A stretch of 64,000 nt of DNA from Synechococcus sp. (lineage in GTDB: Bacteria > Cyanobacteriota > Cyanobacteriia > PCC-6307 > Cyanobiaceae). Made by a program: the position numbers and the translations under genes. Below the pieces are notes generated by a model. It was given only the letters and a program-made list of their open reading frames with translations, did not search any database and had not been told where the DNA came from. The DNA is taken from the NCBI GenBank assembly GCA_047285305.1, contig JBJBDL010000003.1:960001-1024000 (forward strand). Direction: 5' to 3'. Positions 53,243 through 64,000 of this stretch are shown here, one piece after another. The stretch's first letter is position 1. Each line of letters opens with the position of its first letter.

Positions 53243-56203
53243 TTATTTCGCCTCCATCCAGTTCGCGCCGACGCCGGTCTCTACCACCAAGGGAACACTC
53301 AGCGCGACGGCCTGTTCCATGGTCTGCACCACCAGCTCTCGGGTGGCGTCCAGGGCGTCCGGTGCCACCTCGAGCACCAGTTCGTCGTGCACCTGCAGCA
53401 GCAGCTGGGCCGGTAGGCCCTGATGCTGCAGGGCGTCTTGCAGCTGCACCATCGCCACTTTGATGATGTCGGCACTCGACCCCTGAATCGGGGCGTTGGC
53501 AGCCGCCCGCAGTTGCTGGGCCTCCATGCCACCGCGGCGGGCCACATCCAGGTCGATCTCCAGGGGGTCCTTGCCCAGCAGCCGTCCAAGGCCGTTGCGA
53601 TCGAAGTGGAACGGCCGCCGACGGCCGAGAATCGTTTCCACGTAACCGCGGCTGAGGGCGAGCCGCTCCTGCAGCTCGAGGAAGGCAAACACCCTCGGGT
53701 AGCGCTGCTTGTACTTGGCCAGGAACTCCTTGGCTTCGCTCTGGCTCACGCCGGTTTCCCGGGCGAAGCGCTGGGCTCCCATGCCATAGATCACACCGAA
53801 GTTGATCGTTTTGCCAAGCCGACGTTCGTCCGAGCTGACCTCATCCTTGTCCAGCAAAAGCCTGGCGGTTAGCGCGTGCACGTCGTCACCGCTGCGGTAG
53901 GCCTCCTGCAGCACCTCTTCGCCCGAGAGGTGGGTGAGGATGCGCAGCTCGATTTGGGAGTAATCAGCGCTGAGCAGTGTCCAGCCCTCCTGTGGCAGGA
54001 AGGCCTTGCGGATCCGCCGGCTGTATTCGGTGCGTACCGGAATGTTCTGCAGGTTGGGGTTGCTGCTGCTCAGCCGTCCCGTTGCCGTCACAGCTTGGTT
54101 GAAATCGGTGTGGACTCGTCCGGTTTCCGCCTCCACCAGCTGCGGCAAAGCGTCGATGTATGTGCTTTTGAGCTTGCTGAGCACCCGGTGCTCCAGCACC
54201 AGGGGCACCACCGGGTGGTCGTTGCCGAGTTTTTCCAGCACGGTGGCGTCGGTGCTGAAACCGGTTTTGGTGCGCCGGGATTTCTTGCGATCCAGGCCAA
54301 GCGTGTCGAACAGCAGCTCCCCCAGCTGCTTGGGTGAGGCCAGGTTGAAGTCCACTCCCGCGGCCGCTTTGGCGTCGGATTCCAGCTGCTGCAGGGTGGA
54401 GCCCATCTCCTCGGAAAGGCTCTGGAGGTAAGGCACATCAATGCGGATTCCGGTGGATTCCATCCGGGCCAGTACCGGTTCCAGAGGCTGCTCCACCTGC
54501 TCTAACAACGGCAGCAGTTGGGGGCCCATTGCCTCCAACTGCTGCCGTTGCAGCAGGGCGAGGCGACGGGTGACGTGCACGTCCATGCCGCAGTACAGGC
54601 TGGCGGGCTCCAGCGGCACATCGGCGAAGGTTTGCTTTTTGCCCACCAGATCGGTGAATGCGGTGGGCTGGAAGCCGAATTCCCGTTCGGCCATCAGCTC
54701 CAGACCGTGTTTCGCTGCGGCATCCCGCAGGTAATCGGCCAGCAGCGTGTCAATCACGACGCCTTTTAGGTCAACGCCATGCCGCAACAGGATCAAGCGG
54801 TCGTATTTGGCGTTCTGCAGGGTCTTGGGGTGGTTGCTGCTGGCCAGCCAGGGGGCGAGTGCGGTGAGTACGGTTTCTAACGGCAGCTGCTCCGGGCTGC
54901 TGTCTTCGCTGCCTTTGTGGCCCAGCGGGATGTAGGCGAGCGCGTCCAGGGCCTCTCCCCAACAGATGCCGATGCCCACCAGTTCGGCGCGGAACGGGTT
55001 GAGGTCGGTGGTCTCGGTGTCGAAGGCGACAGGCAGGCCGCTGTCGGTGCAGGTCATCAGCTTCTGCACCAGGGCGTCCAGGGCCGCTTCGATCTGGATC
55101 AGCTGCGGCTTCAGGGCCGGCAGCCCCACGTCGTTGTTGGTTGCCGCTGCGGTTGCCGCTTCCGCCTCTGGCTGTTCCGAGCTGGCTGAGCGGCGGGGGG
55201 GGGTGGTTGCAGCGGTCTCTGCGTTAGCCCCGTAGCCCCCCTCGGAAAAGGCCGCCACAAAGCCGCCCACCTGGCGCAGAAGGCTGTTGAGTTCGAGGTC
55301 TTCTAGGCAGCTGCTCAGGCCGTCGGCATTCACCGACGACAACGGCAGGCTGGGTTCCTTGGGCAGTGGAACATCCACGAGAATCTCGGCCAGCTTGCGC
55401 GACAGGTAGGCGTTGTCGCGGTCGGCGCGCAGCTTCCCTTTCAGTGCACCTTTGATGGCGCCCCGACTGGCTTTCGGCCCTTCCGCTTCCACCTGCTCGA
55501 GGGTGGCGTACACCGAGTCGAGGTCGCTGTTGTCTTTCAGCAGGTTGATGGCTGTTTTCGGGCCAACCCCACGCACGCCGGGGATGTTGTCGGAGCTGTC
55601 ACCGGTAAGGGCCTTGAGATCCACCACCTTGTTGGGCATCACGCCGAGCTTGCCGAGCACCCCCTCTTCGCGGATCAGCGTTGGGCCACTGCTTTTGGCG
55701 TAGGGGCCGCCACCCATGTAAAGCACCGCGATGTCGCGGCTGTCATCCACCAGCTGAAACAGGTCGCGGTCTCCCGAAAGGATCCGCACGCCCCATCCCG
55801 AGTCGGCCGCTCGGTTCGCCAGGGTTCCCAGCACATCGTCGGCTTCGTAGCCCGGTGCCATGCAGAGAGGGAGCTGTAGGTGCGTTTCGAGGATCTGCTG
55901 CAGCTGTTCGAGGTCCTGGAAGAACACCTCAGGCGCCACATCCCGGTGAGCCTTGTAGTTGGCGTCCGCCTTGTGGCGAAAGGTGGGCTCGGCCGTGTCG
56001 AAGGCGATTGCAACGCCTTCAGGCTTCAGGGTTTTGCTGTTGTCCAGCAGGGCTTTTAGAAAGCCGTAGGTCACGCTTGTGGGCCGGCCGTCTTTGGTGG
56101 CCAGACCGCCTTCCCCTCCCTTGCTGAAGGCGTAGAAGCTGCGGAAGGCCAGGGAATGGCCATCCACAAGCAGCAGAAGGGGCTTGGCGGTGGCCTCGGG
56201 CAT
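53243..56203 (-). CDS. polA: DNA polymerase I
   Basis: 5'-3' exonuclease (LVDG, EADD, GD.SDNIPGV), 3'-5' exonuclease (DTET), polymerase (TGRLSS.NPNLQNIP, DYSQIELR, QVHDEL). Confidence 0.98.
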   Translation of the reverse strand: MPEATAKPLLLLVDGHSLAFRSFYAFSKGGEGGLATKDGRPTSVTYGFLKALLDNSKTLKPEGVAIAFDTAEPTFRHKADANYKAHRDVAPEVFFQDLEQLQQILETHLQLPLCMAPGYEADDVLGTLANRAADSGWGVRILSGDRDLFQLVDDSRDIAVLYMGGGPYAKSSGPTLIREEGVLGKLGVMPNKVVDLKALTGDSSDNIPGVRGVGPKTAINLLKDNSDLDSVYATLEQVEAEGPKASRGAIKGALKGKLRADRDNAYLSRKLAEILVDVPLPKEPSLPLSSVNADGLSSCLEDLELNSLLRQVGGFVAAFSEGGYGANAETAATTPPRRSASSEQPEAEAATAAATNNDVGLPALKPQLIQIEAALDALVQKLMTCTDSGLPVAFDTETTDLNPFRAELVGIGICWGEALDALAYIPLGHKGSEDSSPEQLPLETVLTALAPWLASSNHPKTLQNAKYDRLILLRHGVDLKGVVIDTLLADYLRDAAAKHGLELMAEREFGFQPTAFTDLVGKKQTFADVPLEPASLYCGMDVHVTRRLALLQRQQLEAMGPQLLPLLEQVEQPLEPVLARMESTGIRIDVPYLQSLSEEMGSTLQQLESDAKAAAGVDFNLASPKQLGELLFDTLGLDRKKSRRTKTGFSTDATVLEKLGNDHPVVPLVLEHRVLSKLKSTYIDALPQLVEAETGRVHTDFNQAVTATGRLSSSNPNLQNIPVRTEYSRRIRKAFLPQEGWTLLSADYSQIELRILTHLSGEEVLQEAYRSGDDVHALTARLLLDKDEVSSDERRLGKTINFGVIYGMGAQRFARETGVSQSEAKEFLAKYKQRYPRVFAFLELQERLALSRGYVETILGRRRPFHFDRNGLGRLLGKDPLEIDLDVARRGGMEAQQLRAAANAPIQGSSADIIKVAMVQLQDALQHQGLPAQLLLQVHDELVLEVAPDALDATRELVVQTMEQAVALSVPLVVETGVGANWMEAK

Positions 56204-56227
56204 GACGGTGTTGAAAATGTGGGTGGA

Positions 56228-57394
56228 TCAATCGCGGCGATCAGCCCAGGGAGGCAGATCGATGAACACGCGGGTTCCTGATTCGAGACCGTTCAGGATC
56301 GCAGTCTTGTCGCCGCTGCTGTTGCCCAGTTCCACCGGCTGAAAACGTGGTTGCTGGTTCTCATCCACCAGCAACACACCCTGTTGGCCGTCTTCCAGGG
56401 TGATCGCCACGGTGGGCACCAGGATTTTGGCCGCACTGCTCCCGGTTTGGAAATTGATGTCGGCGGTCATGCCGATCTTCAGTTTGTTCTGCGGGTTGAC
56501 GAAGTTCAGCTTCACTTCGAAGGAGGTGACGCTATTTTCTTTCGCGGCGCGGGGTGCAATCTCACTCACCGTTGCCTCGAAGCGCTCATCGGGATAGGCA
56601 TCCACCCTGATCTCGGCGGTTTGGCCGGGCTCGATGCGGCCGATGTCGCTTTCTGGAACGCGGGCCCTCACCTCCAAGCCTTGCGAGAGCTCAACGATCG
56701 AAGCGCTAGTGGCACCGGCTGTGGCCGAGGCGGCTGTGGTGGGGGTCACAAACGATCCCGGTTCGGCGTAGCGCGCTGTGATGGTTCCTGAGAAGGGGGC
56801 GCGGATCGTCTTTTCGCGGCTCTCCTGTTCCAGTTGCTCCACCCGTTCTCTGGCTGCCACCAGGCCCGCCTGCCTGGCCATCAGGTCGAAGCGGGCACCA
56901 CTGAATTCTTCAGCGCTGATCACCCCGCTGGTATAGAGCTGGTTTTTACGCTCGAATTCCTCTTTTTTGCTCTTGAAATTGGCGTCGGCCTGACGCAGCA
57001 GAGCCTGCTTCTCCTGCAGCCGATCATCGAGATCGCCGCGATCCATCACCGCCAGCACCTGCTCGTTCTCAACCACATCCCCTTCATCCACCATCAGCTC
57101 CGCCAGCAGACCCGGCTGGCGCGGACTCACGTTCACTTTCTGCTGAGCCTGCAGTTCGCCGCTGGCGCTGATCACCCCAGACAGAACGCCGCGTTCAGCT
57201 GTGGTGGTGAAGGGCGTCAGATCCCGTTGACGGTTGCTCCAGGGACCGAAACGCATCAGCAGCCCACCACCGCCCAGGGCCAGCAGCAGTAATCCCACCA
57301 TCGCGGTTTTGGGCCGTCTGGATTTTGCTTTTGCCACTGAGGCCAGCTCTGCTTCAGGCGATGGGGACGCAGGGGAGCGCAAGGACTGCAGCAT
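56228..57394 (-). CDS. Efflux periplasmic adaptor subunit (HlyD/MacA-like membrane fusion protein)
   Basis: N-terminal TM helix, V.EGD.V, IRAPFSG.I, V.ESDIGRI..GQ, LKIGMTA; the upstream part of the listed ORF is antisense to ychF. Confidence 0.87.
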   Translation of the reverse strand: MLQSLRSPASPSPEAELASVAKAKSRRPKTAMVGLLLLALGGGGLLMRFGPWSNRQRDLTPFTTTAERGVLSGVISASGELQAQQKVNVSPRQPGLLAELMVDEGDVVENEQVLAVMDRGDLDDRLQEKQALLRQADANFKSKKEEFERKNQLYTSGVISAEEFSGARFDLMARQAGLVAARERVEQLEQESREKTIRAPFSGTITARYAEPGSFVTPTTAASATAGATSASIVELSQGLEVRARVPESDIGRIEPGQTAEIRVDAYPDERFEATVSEIAPRAAKENSVTSFEVKLNFVNPQNKLKIGMTADINFQTGSSAAKILVPTVAITLEDGQQGVLLVDENQQPRFQPVELGNSSGDKTAILNGLESGTRVFIDLPPWADRRD

Positions 57395-57445
57395 GGGCCC
57401 ACAAAACTTCACGACAGTCTCGCCGCTGGCCGGTAGATTCCGCCG

Positions 57446-58537
<1,092 letters not shown>

Positions 58538-58632
58538 TCAAAGCATCTGATTGCATAGACATTCCCTCAAAGCCCTTTAACTTTTCAAGATCGCCACATT
58601 CGGGAAATATAAGTGAGCTCTAGTTGGTTCGC

Positions 58633-58893
58633 CTAGAGCAAATCTGGAATGCACTTGTATCCCTTGAGGAACTTGCTCAACTTTCCACCCTTCATGATCT
58701 CACTTCCTATTTTCTCGCACTGATTCAGGGATTCAACTGGAATTAGTTCGATCTCCTGGGTGATTGTCCTTAGAACCAGGTAAGCCTCATTATTGCGCTC
58801 TCCGTGAGCCACCAATGCCCATTCATCGTGCTGAGCGGCTCTGGCAAGCGGCGTAAGCATGACGGCAATCAGCATTGCTGTGAACCATTTCAT
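58633..58893 (-). CDS. Small secreted hypothetical protein in an AT-rich islet
   Basis: MKWFTAMLIAVMLTPLARA signal peptide (AxA cleavage); two Cys (QCEKIG, YKCI). Confidence 0.6.
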   Translation of the reverse strand: MKWFTAMLIAVMLTPLARAAQHDEWALVAHGERNNEAYLVLRTITQEIELIPVESLNQCEKIGSEIMKGGKLSKFLKGYKCIPDLL

Positions 58894-59113
58894 TGAGCGA
58901 TCTGATCTTGCTTTTGCGGTGTTGTGGCTAACACAGTTTGTCTGCTGATCATTCCTTGGAAAGTCCATAAAGCGTGAACATATGTTCCTTGGTTGAGATC
59001 GATTGGTATGACAACAAGAGGAGTGAGGTCTTCTTCAGTATTTATCTTCAGTATCTAAGTGAAAAATGGATTCTCTTGGTCCTCGGATGGTTTTCATCCT
59101 TGGGCGTCTGTTC

Positions 59114-60466
59114 TTATCGATGTTGTTGACCTGAACTCCCCACCAGAGCATCAAAGCGTTGTTGTTCCGGCGGGGCTACGTCCTGGCCTGTTGCCTTCAC
59201 TCCGTAGCGCGGCTTGAGGCTGCGCAAGGTGGGGATCACCACCAGGCAGGCGCCACCCATCAACAACCAGAGCAGCAGGCCATTGTTTTGAAGGTCAAGC
59301 AAAGCTCCTCCCGCCAGGGGAGTCACGATGGCGCTGATGGCGAAGCACTGGGAAAACAGTGCCATCGCCAACCCCCGGTGTTCTGGTGGTGTCTCTTCAA
59401 TGACGGCTTCTGTGGCCGTGGGCAGGAACGCGGCCTGGGCGAAGGCCATCGGCAGCAGCGCTGCCAGCACCAGGATCGTTCCGTTTTCGAACAGCGAAGA
59501 AAGGGCAATCAGGCTGCAGCCCAGACTGAATCCCGCCAGGCTCAAGCCGAGGCCGAAGCCAACGCTGCGCTCCGCCAGCCAACGGCCCACCGGCCACTGC
59601 AGGCTCACCAGCAAGGTCAACTGAAGGGCGATCAGGGCACTGCTGTGGCTTTCGCTCAGGGCCGGTCGCACCAGCCCGCCGCGCACCAGATCGAGGGGAA
59701 GCGCACTTTGTTGAAGGGCCAGGATCCCAGTGGCTACGACGCTGATCAGCAGAACCGGTAGCAGGGGAAGCAACCAAGGCGGCCGGGTCGTTGGCCGTGG
59801 CAGTTGACCAACCGGCGCTGGGCTGTTGCCGCTGAGGTTGTGATGAGGCGGATCGTCCTGGAGCGGGACAAGGCTGATCAGCATCAGCACAGCGCCCATG
59901 CACACCGCTTCAACGATGTACACCGTCCGCAGTATTCCCAGGGTGGCGGCAGCGGTTCCGATCAGCGTGCCGATGCCGATGCCGAGGGCATCGGCACTGC
60001 GCACCAGGGCGTAGCCCCGCCCGGAGGGAAGGTTGCCGCAACTCAGGGGAACGGCCAATTCAATGGCAGGCCAGTACAGACCTGCCGCTGAGCCCAGCAG
60101 CAGTTGTCCGAGCAGGTAGCTGTTGTAGTTGTTGGCCTGCAGCAGGATCAAATCAGCTGCAATGGCCAACAAGGTTGTGCCTCTGACCGGCCAGGAGCAG
60201 CGGATGCCGCGATCGAGCAGTGCACCGCTCAGTAAACGCACCACCGTGCCGATCAGGGCAGAGACGGCCAGGCCGCTGCCCACTTCACGCGCTGAGAAGT
60301 CGATCGCATGAAAGATCAGCGGCGTCATGAACATCACTCCGCCGGCACCGATGGACGCCAGGAACCTCAGTCGGGTGACATTTCTCAGGGGTGATGGAAA
60401 CTGGTTCCACCACCGCAGAGGATCAGGCGTTGCTGCGCGGACGCTTAACAGGACGATGCATCGCAA
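59114..60466 (-). CDS. MFS transporter
   Basis: About 12 hydrophobic segments, G.LLDR motif-A-like, PPEHRG.AMAL. Confidence 0.82.
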   Translation of the reverse strand: MRCIVLLSVRAATPDPLRWWNQFPSPLRNVTRLRFLASIGAGGVMFMTPLIFHAIDFSAREVGSGLAVSALIGTVVRLLSGALLDRGIRCSWPVRGTTLLAIAADLILLQANNYNSYLLGQLLLGSAAGLYWPAIELAVPLSCGNLPSGRGYALVRSADALGIGIGTLIGTAAATLGILRTVYIVEAVCMGAVLMLISLVPLQDDPPHHNLSGNSPAPVGQLPRPTTRPPWLLPLLPVLLISVVATGILALQQSALPLDLVRGGLVRPALSESHSSALIALQLTLLVSLQWPVGRWLAERSVGFGLGLSLAGFSLGCSLIALSSLFENGTILVLAALLPMAFAQAAFLPTATEAVIEETPPEHRGLAMALFSQCFAISAIVTPLAGGALLDLQNNGLLLWLLMGGACLVVIPTLRSLKPRYGVKATGQDVAPPEQQRFDALVGSSGQQHR

Positions 60467-62040
60467 TGGGCTTGATGGGCAGTCTGCTGCTCAGCACATG
60501 CGGATCGTGGCCTGTTGGCTCTACAGAACGTGTGGAGGTCAAGATCGACGGCGTGGTTCTTCCGGTTTCAGTTGAGGAAATCGGAGCCTTTGTGCGCTCG
60601 CAGACGGCTGATCCAGCGCAGCTCTCGCGATCGGAGTTGTCCACCTGGATGGGGCTTCTCGCACCCGAGAGCCGCGAGGGGCTGATCCGTCTGCTCCAGG
60701 CTCCGGTGCTCTCTCGCCGCAGCTTCGGGCGTCAGCTGCTCAGTAGCTGGGGGGCGGGTCCACTGCTGGATGCGCTGGGGGAATTGATTCGAGTGGAGGA
60801 CGGACAGCGCATCAACCGTTTGCTGGTGCTCTCAACGTTGGAGCAGCTGCTCGAACGGCAGGAAACCGTCTCAACGCTGGATGTGTTGGAGGCGTTGCCC
60901 ACCCCGCAGTTGCGTCTGGATCTGGATGCGTTGGTTGCTGCTGCCAACCGCTGGCGGCTGGAATTGAAGCGTCATCAGGTCTTGATGCGGGCTTTGGCTC
61001 AGGAAGAGGCTCGGCTGCAGCCCCTTCAGGCCAGGGAGCGTTCTGCCTCGGCTGATGCGCCCCGTCACGCAACGCTTGCGGTAGGCCATCGGTCGCGTCC
61101 ATTGCGGCTGGAACGTTGGATCCCCCATTCGCCTCGATCGGACCGGACCTGGGTTTTGATGATGCCTGGACTGGGCGGGGACCCCAACCACTTCCACTGG
61201 CTGGCGCGTTCGCTGATGCAGGCGGGCTGGCCCGTACTGGTGCTTGAGCATCCCGGCAGCGATGCCGCCGCTGTTCAGGGTTTGCTGGAGGGGCGTCAGT
61301 CGTTTGATGGTGCCGCAGCACTTCGTGATCGCTTGGCTGACCTGGCGGCGGTGCTGGAGGCGCAACAAGGAGGCGATTTGAATATCCCCGGGACCGAGGT
61401 GGTTCTAATGGGCCACTCCCTGGGTGCCTTAACGGCCCTCCTGGCCAGTGGGGCGGAGCTGGTGCCAGGGATGGCCCAGCGCTGTGAAGCGGCCCTGGCG
61501 GGCTTGCCCCTCACCAACCTGTCGGAATTGCTTCAGTGCGAACTGGCGGCAGGCCGTGTGCTCGACGGTAAAGAAATGGACTCGCCGCCCCGGGCGGTGG
61601 TGGGGCTCAATAGCTTTGGTGGGTTGATCTGGCCGCACCGCGCCAGTCGGGCGTTGCCGATTCCGCTCTTGATGGTGGGTGGCACCCTCGATCTGATCAC
61701 CCCTCCTCTGGATGAGCAGCTGGCTCTTTTGGCAGGATTGGCGGAGCATCCCACCAGCCGGGTTGTGGTGGTGGAAGGGGGCAGTCACTTTTCACCGATT
61801 CGCGTGGATGGCCAGGGAACGGCATCAGAAGGGAATGACCTCTTCCGGCTCGGCGAAGAGTTGGTGGGCGTCAATCCCCTCAGCGTTCAACGGGTGATTG
61901 CCCATGAAGTCATCCGTTTTCTTGATTCCCTGAACTCCACGTCAGCCCGCAACGATGCCGTTCACCTGATGGACGCCAGTTCCAAGACGCGCTGGCATCG
62001 CTTGGGCCGTCGCAGGACCCTGCAGCTGCTGGATCAGTAG
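60466..62040 (+). CDS. Alpha/beta hydrolase with an N-terminal DUF1400-like domain
   Basis: PGLGG, LEHPGSD, GHSLGA.TAL, D..TP, G.SHFS; start uncertain (60391 or 60466). Confidence 0.8.
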   Translation: MGLMGSLLLSTCGSWPVGSTERVEVKIDGVVLPVSVEEIGAFVRSQTADPAQLSRSELSTWMGLLAPESREGLIRLLQAPVLSRRSFGRQLLSSWGAGPLLDALGELIRVEDGQRINRLLVLSTLEQLLERQETVSTLDVLEALPTPQLRLDLDALVAAANRWRLELKRHQVLMRALAQEEARLQPLQARERSASADAPRHATLAVGHRSRPLRLERWIPHSPRSDRTWVLMMPGLGGDPNHFHWLARSLMQAGWPVLVLEHPGSDAAAVQGLLEGRQSFDGAAALRDRLADLAAVLEAQQGGDLNIPGTEVVLMGHSLGALTALLASGAELVPGMAQRCEAALAGLPLTNLSELLQCELAAGRVLDGKEMDSPPRAVVGLNSFGGLIWPHRASRALPIPLLMVGGTLDLITPPLDEQLALLAGLAEHPTSRVVVVEGGSHFSPIRVDGQGTASEGNDLFRLGEELVGVNPLSVQRVIAHEVIRFLDSLNSTSARNDAVHLMDASSKTRWHRLGRRRTLQLLDQ

Positions 62041-63053
62041 CGCACCCGTGGATCGAGGGCGGCCACCAGCAGGTCAACGGCAACACTCACCAGCACTACA
62101 AGGGCGGCGATCACCACCACGATCCCCTGAACCACGGGGTAGTCCCTCTGGTTGATGGCTTCCTGCAGCCGTAAAGCAATGCCTGGCCAGGAAAAGGTCA
62201 CTTCAATCAGCAGGGCCCCACCGATCAAGGAGGCCACGGTGATGCCAGCAATGGTGAGCACCGGCAGCAAAGCATTGGGCAGTCCGTGGCGCAGGATCAC
62301 CTCGCGCTCACTGAGGCCGCGGCTGCGTGCCGCTTCCACGTAGTCGCCGCGAAGGCTGCGTCGCAGGTTCAGTCGCAGGGCGGTCGTGAAGGTGCCGCTG
62401 AGCAGCAGGGCCAGGGTCCCCGCGGGCAGGATCAGGTGACGCATGGTGCCTTGGAAAGCGGTCCAGTTGCTCTGCAGAGCGCTGTCAAGCAGGAAAAATC
62501 CGCTGCCCTCGGGGGGGAGAAGGCTGGGGGGGAAGCGCCCGCCCACCGGCAACCAGCCCAGGCTGACGGCGAAAACCAGCTGCACCAGCATGGCCACCCA
62601 GAAGGGCGGCAGGGCATAGGTGCCCAATCCGTAGAGGCGTCCTCCCAGGTCAATCTTTCCCTCGGGCCGGGCAATGCCGCTGAAGCCAATGCTCAGCCCC
62701 ACCACAGCAGCCAACACCAGGGCGATCACGCTCAGCTCCAGGCTGGCGGGCAGGGTTTTGCCGATGATGGTTCGAACCGGCTCCTGGTTGATCAGGGCTT
62801 GCCCCAGATCGCCGTGGATCAATCCGTTGAGATAGCTGAGGTACTGATCCAGCAACGATTGATCCAGGCCCAGCCGAGCCCGCATCGCGGCTTTGGCGGC
62901 GGCGGGGGCACGGCTGCCGAGCACCGCATCCACAGGATCCCCTGGGGCGACGCGCAGCAACAGGAACACCAGGCTCGCGATCAACCACAACATCAATGGC
63001 GCCAGGGCGAGGCGGGTGGCGCTGTAGCGGGCGAGGTCTCGGGCGCGTCCCAT
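62034..63053 (-). CDS. Peptide/nickel ABC transporter permease (DppB/OppB family)
   Basis: PGDPV, GLD.....QY, GDLG, DYVEAARSRGL (EAA loop), IEVTFSWPG, RDYPVVQG. Confidence 0.92.
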   Translation of the reverse strand: MGRARDLARYSATRLALAPLMLWLIASLVFLLLRVAPGDPVDAVLGSRAPAAAKAAMRARLGLDQSLLDQYLSYLNGLIHGDLGQALINQEPVRTIIGKTLPASLELSVIALVLAAVVGLSIGFSGIARPEGKIDLGGRLYGLGTYALPPFWVAMLVQLVFAVSLGWLPVGGRFPPSLLPPEGSGFFLLDSALQSNWTAFQGTMRHLILPAGTLALLLSGTFTTALRLNLRRSLRGDYVEAARSRGLSEREVILRHGLPNALLPVLTIAGITVASLIGGALLIEVTFSWPGIALRLQEAINQRDYPVVQGIVVVIAALVVLVSVAVDLLVAALDPRVRY

Positions 63054-64000
63054 CAGTTGTTCGTCGCTCCCTCGTTCATCGATCCTTTCTTTGATGCTCC
63101 GTCCTGGCGGCGCTCCAGCTCGGCGAGCATCAGCTGACCACTGCCATCAAATCGTGGAGGGTTGAGGTTCAGCTGGGCCCAGGCCCGAGGTGAATCCAGC
63201 CAGACGGGGATGTAGGCGGCACCGTCGGCGGATAGGTAGTCCACACGATCCAGGGCGGTGCGGCGGGCCTCGCCCGTCAGCGTGTCGGATTTCAGCAGAG
63301 CGGTTTGCAATCCGTGGGCACTCCAGAAGCTGCCGCTGATGGCTGCTTCTCCTTCCATGCAGATGTTGCCCTTCACCGAGGTGCAGCTCAACAGCGGCGT
63401 CAGATAGGCCTCCGGATCGGGGTAGCTGCCGCGCCAATCCAGCATTACGGCTTTGAAGGCACCTTCCCCCAGCTGGCGGTAGATGGTGGTGGATTCGACG
63501 CCATCCAGATCCAACACCAGGCAGTCCGAGAGGTCCCGTTGCACCTGGGCCTGCCAGGTGAGGGCCAGCAATTTGTCGGCGGGCACGTTGGAGCGGAAGG
63601 TGAGCGGGAAGCGCAGGGTGGTGCCGTTGCAGTAGCCCGCTGCCTGGAGCAGCTCGCGGGCCTGCTTGGGGTTGTGTTCGGGCCATGGGGCCATGGCGCC
63701 GCCGGCCAGGCTGGGGGGCACCAGCGCCCGCAGTGGACGGCGCAGCCCGTAGCTCACCCGTTCACTGATCTCGCTTCGGTTCAGGCTGACGGCCAGGGCC
63801 CGCCTGAGGTTGGGGTCCTGGAATGGCTCCCGGTTGCTCAGCAGGGTGATGTAGCCGATCTCCATCGCCGGACCCACCGACTCGTGCAGCTCCCCCGCGC
63901 TGGCCTGTTCATGCAGGGTGTGGCGCTGGTCTTCGTCGATCGAAGCGGAGAGCAGCAGATCCACCTCGCCACTGCGCAATGCCCCGTAGAGCGCCGTGGA
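63053..64000 (-). CDS. Peptide ABC transporter substrate-binding protein (family 5), N-terminus beyond the window
   Basis: LRSGEVD, PF.DP.LRRAL...LNR, A..LL..AG, W...YPDP..YL; stop overlaps the permease ATG. Confidence 0.88.
   Translation of the reverse strand, partial: STALYGALRSGEVDLLLSASIDEDQRHTLHEQASAGELHESVGPAMEIGYITLLSNREPFQDPNLRRALAVSLNRSEISERVSYGLRRPLRALVPPSLAGGAMAPWPEHNPKQARELLQAAGYCNGTTLRFPLTFRSNVPADKLLALTWQAQVQRDLSDCLVLDLDGVESTTIYRQLGEGAFKAVMLDWRGSYPDPEAYLTPLLSCTSVKGNICMEGEAAISGSFWSAHGLQTALLKSDTLTGEARRTALDRVDYLSADGAAYIPVWLDSPRAWAQLNLNPPRFDGSGQLMLAELERRQDGASKKGSMNEGATNN

Overview
GC-rich cyanobacterial chromosome window. Gene content and order (engA-ecfT-pipX-pipY-sepF-proC, psbDC-ycf4, petM-ycf39, split pntA, NTRC, dxr, cysS, polA, ychF) fit a marine Synechococcus-type picocyanobacterium; this taxon call is an inference. 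The window is almost all densely packed core genome, with about 70 CDS. I found no rRNA, tRNA, CRISPR array, integrase or transposase. Accessory-looking parts: the rfbACDB dTDP-rhamnose cluster (1.7-5.4 kb), a decaying locus at 13.5-14.8 kb (L,D-transpeptidase-like gene with an internal TAA, running in frame into an ICMT-family methyltransferase), an AT-richer Delta12 desaturase, and an AT-rich islet after ychF. I cannot support a clearly new multi-gene system. The best leads are the 13.5-14.8 kb single-frame locus, a stand-alone ArsM-like methyltransferase coupled to an unknown 71-aa gene, an unlisted 30-aa membrane peptide coupled to rluE, a duplicated hairpin element in the rfbA leader, several operator-like palindromes, and genes that seem to need non-canonical start codons. 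All product calls come from motif recognition, with no database searches.
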